This document shows, in pieces, positions 47,184 through 57,292 of a stretch of DNA of 64,000 bases. The DNA comes from Alloascoidea hylecoeti (lineage: Eukaryota). The stretch spans positions 544,450 through 608,449 of the forward strand of contig BCKZ01000006.1 in NCBI GenBank assembly GCA_001600815.1, in the 5' to 3' direction. Made by a program: the position numbers and the translations under genes. Each line of letters starts with the position of its first letter. Position 1 is the stretch's first letter. The notes beneath the pieces are model-generated. The model was not told where the DNA came from. It saw only the letters and a list, made by a program, of their open reading frames with translations, and ran no database searches.

Positions 47184-48240
47184 ATATTTACCTCCACTGT
47201 CAAAAAATTATTTCGTGGTTATGAGCATATTCAGGAGAATACATATTTATCGGAATTCCTGACGGTGAAATTTGCAAGCAAGATACATTTGAATAGCTTT
47301 TTGTTATTAATGGAATTAAAGATACTCCTTTTGCTGGGGGACATTACATCGGGAGTATTAGTTTTTCAAAAGACTATCCAAGACGTGGTACCAGTGGTGA
47401 TGATAATAATAGCAAATTGGAGGATTGTAACAATCGATGATATTCGTGTTCAAAGTGGAAATCAAGGCTATTGGAGTCCAAAATTAACCATTGAAATTTT
47501 TCAACTGGGATTATTATCTATTTAACCAGTGACGATCATTCAAATAGTATTATTGAAACGACTGATTCTCAGAAGACAATTTATACATGTATATATGCTG
47601 AAGTATTAAATCAATTTTATTCTCAGATTTAAAGGAAAATATCCAAATTTATATAAAGAATATGAAAATAACGGCGAAGAATTGGTACTAATGAAGAAAG
47701 TTAAAATTTATATGATTTTAAACCTTTAAAGGAATTCCATTCTTTAAAAAGATTTATTGAAAAATTTGGGTATTCCTTAAGTTTAATTCTAGGGTAAAGT
47801 TCGGGGATTTTTTTTTTTTTTGGTAGAAATTCGTCAAGATTGAATACAGAGAATTTTCAAAGACTGTAAGTCTAAGTCAGTTGTTTAAGGAGTATCATAA
47901 TTATAATGAAGAATTTCTGTGTCTAAAGGGGACCGACCATTTAGATTTGTTGGATTTGGCTGAAGGCTTTAAAAAAGTTGAAAATGAAGATCTTCGCTTA
48001 ATTATTAAGAATAGTCAAACGAGTACATAGCGTCACGAACAGAGAGAGAATGCATTATCATAATACACAAAATGAATTATTACTATAATGCACTCAACGA
48101 AGGATGAATGGATTATATTACACACAACGAAAGTTCAATATGCAATAATATTAATACTCTCGACGAATGCTTAATGAACCATAATGCACATAGCGAAGGA
48201 CAAATTTCGATTTATAACAATACATAAGGAGAAAACTCAA
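47184..48240 (+). pseudogene. UBC6/UBE2J-like E2 ubiquitin-conjugating enzyme pseudogene
   Basis: Collinear fragments across frameshifts: STVKKLFRGYEHIQEN / EYIFIGIP..TFE*LFVINGIKDTPFAGGHYIGSISFSKDYP / ..WSPKLTIEIFQLGLLS / YLTSDDHSNSIIETTDSQK / FKGKYP. TAG at 47294 replaces the conserved Trp. 3' boundary approximate. Confidence 0.72.
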
Positions 48241-49450
48241 TAGATTTTATTTAACACCTTTCCAGTTGATAGACCATGTTTTGTTGGGCATGAGAGGTGG
48301 TCTAATATTTAATACCCAAAAGATGGTCCAAAATAAGTTGAGCAACAATCGAATAATATTGCATCATGCAGCCGAATTATTAGTTTTAAATGTAGGTAAA
48401 TATGATCTAAGATATGGGAAAAATGGTCGATATTAAGTTATTAACACGAAACACTGTCAGTAAGATTAAAAATATTAGATATTAACTGTCAATTATGGAA
48501 ACTATCAAATGATTTATCTTGATACCTTAATTCACCCAACTTTACACATGTCTGTTGCTTTACAAAATAATAGTACAGTTTTTCCACTCTGATTTCGCCA
48601 TATTAACTTTTAAAAATTGACCGGGTTCAGAAGATATTTTTAAAACTTCTTGACTTATTGTCACAGGGTGAAAATTGGTCTACTATTCATATTACATTAG
48701 AGATTAAAGGAGTGCGTTATTATTTTGATCGCCTGTATATGGAGATATATTTTCGAAGCCAGAATTACTTCAAGGGAACCGTTTTGAAAAAAACGTTCAA
48801 ATAATATTATAGAAGGATAGCAACATTAACAATGGAAAGAGAAATTATAAAGTTTCCAAACGGAAACTGTTGAAGCATAGCTAAAATGTCAAAATATTCC
48901 AAACTAATTGGAAAACATTGAGACTAGCTGCTATAATAGCTTATAATTCACGTACATCAACACGGTACCGGGTTTTGTGATCAATCTGATAATTATAACT
49001 ACGCATTTTCAAATCCCGAAGCTTGAAATTATCCCTTCAATCGAAGATCGTGAGTAGATATGTTTACACCGTTTAGCAATCCCAGTTTAAGCTAAAATAA
49101 GACTATACTATTCATTTGTATATAAGTACACAAAACTTTCGACTAGCCTGCTTTTTAAAAAATTGTGCTTTTTCAAGTTTTTCCTCAAGCCTTGAAGCTT
49201 GTATTACAATTGGAGAACTTAATTATAATTAGATTAGAAAAATTAAATCAAAAAACAACGACAAACATAATAAAAAAGTGTAACGTGAATCTAAAATTTT
49301 AAATTTATCTATATATATATATACCGGTACAGCTTTTCAACTCTTCTCTTCTTCTTTATTTTTCTCTGGCACACTTATATTTATACCTATAGGTCCTACA
49401 GATTTTCACAGGCTCACATTAAACGGGTACATTACCAAAAATCCACAACA

Positions 49451-50779
49451 ATGAAGGGCAAGGAAATCAGAATTGGCACTCTGTTGATCCTGGACACAGT
49501 CTTTTTCTTCCTTGAAGTCATAATTGGCTATTCAGTCCATTCGTTAGCTTTGATTGCAGATTCGTTCCACATGCTTAATGATATATTCTCACTTGTTATT
49601 GCGTTATGGGCTGTTCGGGTAACAAAATATCGGAGCCCCAACGCCGAGTATACTTATGGATGGCAGCGAGCGGAAATCCTCGGTGCGTTGGTTAATGCCG
49701 TGTTTTTATTGGCTTTATGTTTCAGCATTGTAATTGAGGCCATTCAAAGGTTCTTTGAACCTCAAGAAATTAAAAATCCCCAGCTTATATTGATTGTTGG
49801 AATTACAGGACTAATTTCGAACTTCGTTGGGTTATTGCTATTCCATGAACATGGCCATGGTCATTCACATTCACATTCCCATTCCCACGGTACTGCTGGA
49901 AATTCTCATAATCATGATCATAAGCATGCACACAATTTAGAAGAACAACATCACGGAGAGGATTTTCTAATTCCTGATTTAGAACAAGGTGGGCATATGG
50001 AGCCTGACCTCCCTGATGTCATCGTCAATCAAGTTGCTGATGAAAGATCAGCTTTATTAAGATATCAAACATCGCCCTATCATAGACGTGAATTATCTCA
50101 TCATCAAGAAGCAACGTCTTCAACCCCTGAACAAAAGACTTCAAAATCTTTGAATATGCGTGGGGTGTTCTTACATGTTTTGGGGGATGCTTTAGGAAAT
50201 ATCGGTGTTATAGCGACCGCCCTGTTTATCTGGAGAACACAATACTCATGGCGGTTTTACACTGATCCTATCGTTTCTCTGTTTATTACTTTGATTATTT
50301 TCTCAACAGCTTTACCACTGTGTCAAGCAGCATGCAAGATTTTACTTCAGGCTACCCCAGAATCCATTGATACCGAAACGGTACATCAGGAAATTGAAGC
50401 TATAGCAGGAGTACATTCAATTCATGATTTGCATATTTGGATTTTAAGAGAAAATATGTTCATTGCAAGCCTACATATTGCTGTTAGCAGTGATCCTAAT
50501 GAATTTATGACATTGGCTAAAAAGATTCGTGTTGTTTTACACAATTACGGAATTCATTCAGCCACAATTCAACCGGAATTCACAGATGCTCAATATTTAA
50601 CAGATCGAGAGGATTCAAACACTGATGCTTCCTCTGACATATCAGGTCCCCATGATACCCGAAGACAAGATTCTTGCTCAACGTTACGACGATATGCTGC
50701 TACAAGTGAGGAATTTGATGAATGTTTAGTAGATGCTGAATTGGTGAGATCAGATCACTGTCCCAAAAACAAATCATAA
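49451..50779 (+). CDS. ZRC1: Vacuolar Zn/Co CDF transporter (Zrc1/Cot1)
   Basis: SLALIADSFHMLND, YTYGWQRAEILGAL, His-rich loop, LNMRGVFLHVLGDALG, HDLHIW, GIHSATIQPEF. Confidence 0.95.
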   Translation: MKGKEIRIGTLLILDTVFFFLEVIIGYSVHSLALIADSFHMLNDIFSLVIALWAVRVTKYRSPNAEYTYGWQRAEILGALVNAVFLLALCFSIVIEAIQRFFEPQEIKNPQLILIVGITGLISNFVGLLLFHEHGHGHSHSHSHSHGTAGNSHNHDHKHAHNLEEQHHGEDFLIPDLEQGGHMEPDLPDVIVNQVADERSALLRYQTSPYHRRELSHHQEATSSTPEQKTSKSLNMRGVFLHVLGDALGNIGVIATALFIWRTQYSWRFYTDPIVSLFITLIIFSTALPLCQAACKILLQATPESIDTETVHQEIEAIAGVHSIHDLHIWILRENMFIASLHIAVSSDPNEFMTLAKKIRVVLHNYGIHSATIQPEFTDAQYLTDREDSNTDASSDISGPHDTRRQDSCSTLRRYAATSEEFDECLVDAELVRSDHCPKNKS

Positions 50780-52071
50780 TCATCACATACTAGAGCAATC
50801 GTGATGGAGTAAAATATTTTACTCTATCTCTGATTATATTCATATGTATTAATATGGTTTATGCTGGTTTATACACATTTACTTTGCTGTGTTGATCATG
50901 ATCATGATGGGTTAGGATTTTTTTAAACACTTTAATTTTATCTTGGTACATTTTTGCATATACATATATACATAAACACATAGTATTTTAAAAATATGGA
51001 GCTGGTGCGCGTTGAAATTTTTGTTTTTCTTCATTTCCCATTTACTATTTAATTGCTATTTTAGGCTAGGAACACTTAGGCCTTACATTTCCTATATGAT
51101 ATAATATAATATATAAAACAAAATCATTAATTATAATTGAATTTAATTTTCTTTAATTTTCTTTAACGGAAAAAACCAATATAATCATATTATAAGTTAA
51201 TAGGACGGTTAGGACCCAAGCTTAGGAATTGTTTAACTACATGTGTGATATAGACGATTTTCTGATCATCATTAGCATGGATCGTTGTTTTATAATGATA
51301 TTTGTAGTTATTAACCACCATGCAAAGTAGATGTTAACGTTATAAGGTCTCGATTTTGTAAGATATAATTTTCCTCATCTTCTAATTCCCAATCAGTATC
51401 ATTTATCAGCACAAGTACACCAGGTCGGCTATATATTTATTATAAGAAATTTTCAGATGTTAGCGCCAATTAGTAACTAGAATTTTATAGATCAACAAAA
51501 CAGAAAGTGTAGAAAGAAGAGAAGACTTACATTGTATTATCTTCCAAGAATAAATCGCCAGCACATTTATCAACCGAAACCAATGTTTTTAATTTCGTGA
51601 ATAATGTCTGAAGTATATCACCATCTTGAAACGATAAACTATATGATTTCTTGTTATTGAATAGTGTTTCGAGACCACCGCTACACATTTACAAAGATGT
51701 TAGTGATACAAAAAAACATTAGATATAATTATTGATAATATATGCTGATGTGTACTAACCTGAATTCAACCGTAACTTGAATGCTCATGTTAATGCTATA
51801 TACCTTATTGCTTCATGCCAAAAAATGTTTTATTTTAGTTTTGGGATCCGGGTAATATCTTTCCTAGATACCAAATCTCTAATTTTCACGGTATTACATA
51901 TATAGGCATAACTATTAGCTAATCAAATACTAATTATATTGCTGATAAAACCACAGATAGATAAAATTCTCATCCTTAATTATTAAATGGCCTTATTTAC
52001 TCCAATTGAAATTTCTCTATATCTAAATAATAATACTAAAACAGTGTGTTCTCTCGAACAGACATGAATTG

Positions 52072-52142
52072 GCGTTAGTGGTTTAGCGGTAAAATTCTTC
52101 GTTGCCATCGAAGAGCCCCCGGTTCGACTCCGGGCTGACGCA
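52072..52142 (+). tRNA. tRNA-Gly (GCC)
   Basis: Acceptor stem GCGTTAG/CTGACGC, anticodon arm CTTCG-TTGCCAT-CGAAG, T-loop GGTTCGACTC, and a downstream T-run terminator. Confidence 0.95.
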
Positions 52143-52736
52143 TTTCTTTTTTGCTTTCCGGGCGAAGCGGTCGGAGACTCAAGAAGAAGGAAAAAATTGA
52201 ATGTAATAGAGTTTTCAAGTGCTCAAAATACTTCATATCATAAATGATGAAAGTTTTTAAACCCAAACTTTAAAGATCAATTGCAACATTTTGCACTTAA
52301 ATAATATTTTCAATGCAATTTACCTAATATGGAAGTCGCCTATAAGCCTTGGAGCCTTATAAATTATGGCCAATTAAAAAAATTTACACTTTGGAGCATC
52401 AATCCGTATTAAGCGCTTTGAAAGATGAACCTGGTGTATATATTGGTTACTAAATGTGAGTACCCGAAGATTAATAATAAAAGAGTAGATTGTTATATGA
52501 TCACGGGGTAGATTTATTTGATGGTACAGCTGGACCCAGATTTTAACTAGCAGACCTTTACTATTTGTATATTTGGTATATATTTAGAAAAAAATCACAT
52601 TTTATTATCAAAATCTTTATTGTCAGTTTTTCGACTTAATACGTAAGAACTATCCAAATAGTAAACATCTGATAGTTAAAATCTAAGAAAATAAAATATA
52701 TCGATCTTTTCAAAAGTTTAAAACATCATTACCAAC

Positions 52737-53093
52737 ATGGCAGCACTTGGAAGCGGTAAACATACTAAGGCGAGGGCACCTCTCGATCAAGATGTAGACA
52801 AATCATCTGTTAAATCTGAAGATAGATCTGTAACTTGGGGAGAAATGCAAGAAATTATGGGAATCAGTGTCCAGATTCAAGCCATACATACTATCATAAT
52901 TGATAAAATTGACTCTATGAACAATCAATTAGGTGAAAAAATTGAGTCAATGAATTCCTCCTTCACCGAAAGACTAAACAAATTAGAAGGAACATCAAAC
53001 TCCGGTGCAGCAATATACCACACCAAAAGAAAATGTAAATATTATAAACTGCCACTGAATATTCTACAAGGCCTTAAATGGTTTCTAAAATAG
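52737..53093 (+). other. 118-aa ORF of uncertain status, possibly a retroelement gag/ORF1 relic
   Basis: ATG start in AAC context, low-complexity N-terminus, and a short coiled coil (IIDKIDSMNNQLGEKIESMNSSFTERLNKLE). About 600 bp downstream of a tRNA. No diagnostic motif. Confidence 0.3.
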
Positions 53094-53595
53094 TACATAG
53101 TGTTCCATGAAGCCCAAATATTTCGAAAGAGACATAAATATTATCTCTATTCACTCTTTTACCATGTGGAAAGCTCACCTATTGCAATCTCTGCCTTGCA
53201 ATAAACTTTTATAAGGAGATTCCAAATGTGCTCAAATCTTAATACAAGATAATATATGGAAATATAAACTAGATATATGAAAACTTAACTTTGAATATAT
53301 AGGTTACATAAAAATGGAGTTACCAATAAAAAGATGATTCAATATGTGCTTGATGGAGCTAAAGAGCATAAAAATGTATTGATATTGTACTATAATTATA
53401 ACCTTCGAATTTCTTCCAGTCAGAATTATGATATAAGTTTATAATGGTATGATTGTAAAGAATTCAATTACCGTTATCATAAGTCGAGATTGAGTGTGAT
53501 TATAATTGTAAAAAGTGTGTAATTAGCCATAGTTCAGATTTTGATGAGAACATTTCCAATTACAATTTTTTATTTCCAATCGGTGCTGTTTAGCA

Positions 53596-53787
53596 TTAGC
53601 AGGAAGAACAAGAACCACATTTGCAAGCCTTTGGGCAGGAGCAATCTTTTGGATTCTTGCAGGTTCCAACACAAGGAGGTTGAGTATCCACTGGCTTGGA
53701 ACAGGAAGAACAAGCATTGCAATTACATGATTTTTCGCAAGTACAACTTTCTGGATTGGTGCAAGACCCAACACAAGGAGAAACCAT
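53596..53787 (-). CDS. Metallothionein (63 aa, 16 Cys), copy 1
   Basis: MVSPCVGSCTNPESCTCEKSCNCNACSSCSKPVDTQPPCVGTCKNPKDCSCPKACKCGSCSSC: CxC motifs, no aromatic residues, no His. Confidence 0.9.
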   Translation of the reverse strand: MVSPCVGSCTNPESCTCEKSCNCNACSSCSKPVDTQPPCVGTCKNPKDCSCPKACKCGSCSSC

Positions 53788-54025
53788 TATTAATAAGAAT
53801 AAAGATGTAGATAGTTATAGTATATTATTGAGAATTTTCAATTGGATATAATCCGAATAATTTGAATTGATGTGAATTTAGAGGGTCGACATTAGAAGGG
53901 GGGAATCGACAAGTATTTATATTCTTTGGTTATATATTTAAGCTTGAATTATATCTATGGAATTACCAATTCTGCATTAATGCCTATATAACTATTTTAG
54001 GAAATCGAGGAGTGTTTCCCTTAAG

Positions 54026-54083
54026 CAGCCAGAAAGTTTATTCTCGAAGCAGAAGTATTGAAGTCTATACCCTTTCAGGCTGA
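54026..54083. promoter_or_regulatory. Inverted pair of Ace1/Amt1-like metal-response motifs in the bidirectional MT promoter
   Basis: TTCAGGCTGA (54074-54083, +) fits HTHNNGCTGD. CAGCCAGAAAG (54026-54036) is a 10/11 inverted copy of CTTTCAGGCTG (54072-54082). Confidence 0.55.
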
Positions 54084-54318
54084 CTGCATGCTCCTGTGTC
54101 TTCAATGAAAATATTTATATAGGCATTAATACAGAATTGGTAATTCCATAGATATAATTCAAGCTTAAATATATAACCAAAGAATATAAATACTTGTCGA
54201 TTCCCCCCTTCTAATGTCGACCCTCTAAATTCACATCAATTCAAATTATTCGGATTATATCCAATTGAAAATTCTCAATAATATACTATAACTATCTACA
54301 TCTTTATTCTTATTAATA

Positions 54319-54510
54319 ATGGTTTCTCCTTGTGTTGGGTCTTGCACCAATCCAGAAAGTTGTACTTGCGAAAAATCATGTAATTGCAATGCTTGTTCTT
54401 CCTGTTCCAAGCCAGTGGATACTCAACCTCCTTGTGTTGGAACCTGCAAGAATCCAAAAGATTGCTCCTGCCCAAAGGCTTGCAAATGTGGTTCTTGTTC
54501 TTCCTGCTAA
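54319..54510 (+). CDS. Metallothionein (63 aa, 16 Cys), copy 2, identical to copy 1
   Basis: Exact inverted copy of 53596-53787. Confidence 0.9.
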   Translation: MVSPCVGSCTNPESCTCEKSCNCNACSSCSKPVDTQPPCVGTCKNPKDCSCPKACKCGSCSSC

Positions 54511-54921
54511 TGCTAAACAGCACCGATTGGAAATAAAAAATTGTAATTGGAAATGTTCTCATCAAAATCTGAACTATGGCTAATTACACACTTTTTACAA
54601 TTATAATCACACTCAATCTCGACTTATGATAACGGTAATTGAATTCTTTACAATCATACCATTATAAACTTATATCATAATTCTGACTGGAAGAAATTCG
54701 AAGGTTATAATTATAGTACAATATCAATACATTTTTATGCTCTTTAGCTCCATCAAGCACATATTGAATCATCTTTTTATTGGTAACTCCATTTTTATGT
54801 AACCTATATATTCAAATTTAAGTTTTCATATTCCTTTTTATTATGGATGATTTAAACAAGTTGCAGCTACCTATAATTATAATAACTTAGTGAACCTCCT
54901 TTGTGCAAACGTGCTCTTAAC

Positions 54922-55385
54922 TATACCGTAGTTTTTGTCAGGTTATCCCCGTTGACACACTGAAAACTCTATATTTGTTTTTAATAGAGGGTAGATTTAA
55001 CAACATTTTCAGACTTCATGTTTTCAATTTCTACCGCAAATTTCAATTCACAGCCGATATTTCCTCTAATGACTCTGACTGTTGGCTTGATCCACAACAT
55101 TGTTCTCATTTATTTCTCTTATCCTTTTGGTCTTCCTCTTTTTCTCTTACCCGGACCCCCTTCTGTTGTTCTTTTGGACATCGTTGCAATGATAGGCCGT
55201 AAGTGTCAGTAGTTCATACTGGCCCTCGGAAACACCACAAATCTTGAGCATGAGTTGTTGCCTTTTAAAGCCTATTAATTTATACACTATCGCGATAATG
55301 TGTCATCGGTTACTGAAGCAGCGAAAAAGTATGGACTACATAGAAATTCACTGCAAACTATCTTTTAAAAAACAACTCATGTTCA
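54922..55385. mobile_element. Rearranged DNA-transposon relic (TIR-like end plus transposase fragments)
   Basis: TATACCGTAGT (54922-54932) is identical to the first 11 bp of the 34801 element. Minus-strand AT-hook KRKRGRPKG at ~55148-55122. Plus-strand HTH-psq-like SVTEAAKKYGLHRNSLQTI within 55285-55368. Confidence 0.5.
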
Positions 55386-55786
55386 TTTACAACTATCAAC
55401 AGGCATAAAGTTTTTATGTGTGGTATAGTATTTTTAATATAGAATAAAAAGCATTTAAAGACCGCAAAATTGAAAAAGAGCAAACAATTATGTAACAGCT
55501 ACTTAAAAAAATAGTATATAAACATTACAAAACAAAACAAAACAAAACAGAAGAAAATTCAAAGAGAAAAAAGAATCTGATTATAATCAGCGATTGAAAA
55601 CATTTTCATATAAACAGCTTTTTTTTCTTTCGTTTTAGATAACTTAATTGTAAGGAAATCCATTTTTTCCCTAATTATACTCATATCATTCGTCAAAATA
55701 ATAAAAAGAAAAATAAATAATAAACAAATCTAATTGCTAGTATTTTTATCTGTATCTACCACCAGCTATTGATTTTAATCTATTCT

Positions 55787-57292
55787 TTAATCTGAATTAT
55801 CTGCAAGATCAATGCCTTTTATAACAGCTTTTTTAGCCCATTGTCTTGATATTATAGAGGCTTTTAGGAATCTTTTGGATGCATATTTCTTGAAAAAACA
55901 TTCATGGGTTATTGGTTGTACTAAATAATCCATCATCATTTCACAGACAACAATTATATCTTCGACATCATAGTCACCTGAATAATGAATAAGATTTGCA
56001 TCCCATTTACCTTTACCTAAAATTTTTCTTGATAGATACATTGCTGCAGCACAAATTAAAGAGGGAAACATGCCAATGAATCTATGGTCAACCAAAGAGA
56101 TCTCGATTAGATACTTACCAAAAGTTCTAGATTGAATATCATAATTATCGGCTTTTGAAATACGACGCAAAAAGTTCATTGGATTTGGATAAGATAAATC
56201 GAAATGCAATACTTGAAGAACATATCTTTCAGCTTCTAATATTTCTTTTTCAGTAAAACCATCTTGACCAGTAATCATAACATAACTCTGTATTGAAGGT
56301 GAATATACTTCTTCGTACTTGGCCGATATGAATAACGCAACAACCGCGAGTAATTGTAATCTATCGACTTCAACCATTTCTTTTGACATGAAACGATCCA
56401 ATACATTAATAGTTAAGAACAGCGTTTCAGGTAGTAATCTAAATTTTGCATGAGTATCAACAAGCCAATCAACCAAAATTGATCTCATCTCAGGCTTAAT
56501 ATCTTTTTGGAATACTAAATAGCTTGGATCTGGAGCAGTTTTCTTTTCAAGAATACTATAATATTCAAATATTTCAGTTACATATTCAGAAGCCATTAAT
56601 GGATCATCAATGTCTTCTTCGTCAAGATCATCCCAAGCAGGTTTTTCGGGTTTTACAGTTCTTGCTTTTTTAAGCATTCGGGGTTCTTCTTCCATTATAT
56701 CATAGATACCATCCTCTTCACTAAATAAAGCTCCCATTGATCTTTTTTTGGTGGTTGATACAGCGGGGACATTTTCTTTACCTATTGTAGATGATTTACT
56801 AATTAGAGCTTTCTCGGATTGTTTTTTATTAGCACGAACATTAGTATTTGATGATAGTTTATCTTCAGATATAACTTCTAACTTTTTAGTCCTTTTAACA
56901 ACTATAGTAGTATTAGAAGATTTTTTTGAAGCGTCTTTTTCCTTGACTTTTAATGAAGAGTCTCTTTCTTTGACTTTTAATGAAGAATCTTTTTCTTTAA
57001 CTTTTAATGACGTATGAATCTTTTTTAGGTCATTATTTGCAGATCTGATTCCATTTGTATTACTAAGATCACCTAAAGCTTTACGCTGTTTTGTAGCACC
57101 ATCACCATTGGTGTTTGCAGTTTTTACAGGTAAGGTACCCTTTGACCTCGTAATTCTGGCGTATGAATTTTCATCGCGTTGTTTAGTGGCGAGCTTTGTG
57201 TCCTAATTGATAGAGAAATCTATGTTAGTATTTGGGGGGAAGACGTGACACAAACATAAAAATTAATGAATTGAACTTACGTTATTTCTCAT
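55787..57292 (-). CDS. CLB2: G2/M B-type cyclin, Clb1/Clb2 family (2 exons: 57292-57281, 57202-55787; ~475 aa)
   Basis: MRNN|DTKL joined across a GTAAGT...TACTAAC...TAG intron. Destruction box RKALGDLSN, cyclin box MRSILVDWL...LLPETLFL...AKYEE, and YPNPMNFLRRISKADNYD. Near VMA21, like CLB1/YGR108W and YGR105W. Confidence 0.9.
56931..57010 (-). repeat. In-frame 27-bp tandem repeat x3 in the cyclin N-terminus
   Basis: Encodes SLKVKEKDS-SLKVKERDS-SLKVKEKD. Confidence 0.85.

Larger units (their letters stand above)
53275..54831. repeat. 1557-bp palindrome: 724-bp inverted arms (53275-53998, 54108-54831) with 109-bp spacer
   Basis: Arms compared by eye. Paired coordinates sum to 108106 throughout, so there are no indels. 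Only three mismatches seen (53289, 53975, 53992). Confidence 0.95.

Noticed and set aside
47265..47525. 86-aa ORF as an independent gene
   Set aside because: Its second half is one frame of the UBC6-like pseudogene.
52075..52266. 63-aa minus-strand ORF
   Set aside because: Antisense translation of tRNA-Gly.
53523..54583. Duplicated 83-aa and 89-aa ORFs overlapping the metallothioneins
   Set aside because: Alternative-frame or antisense shadows of the MT genes, duplicated only because the palindrome is.
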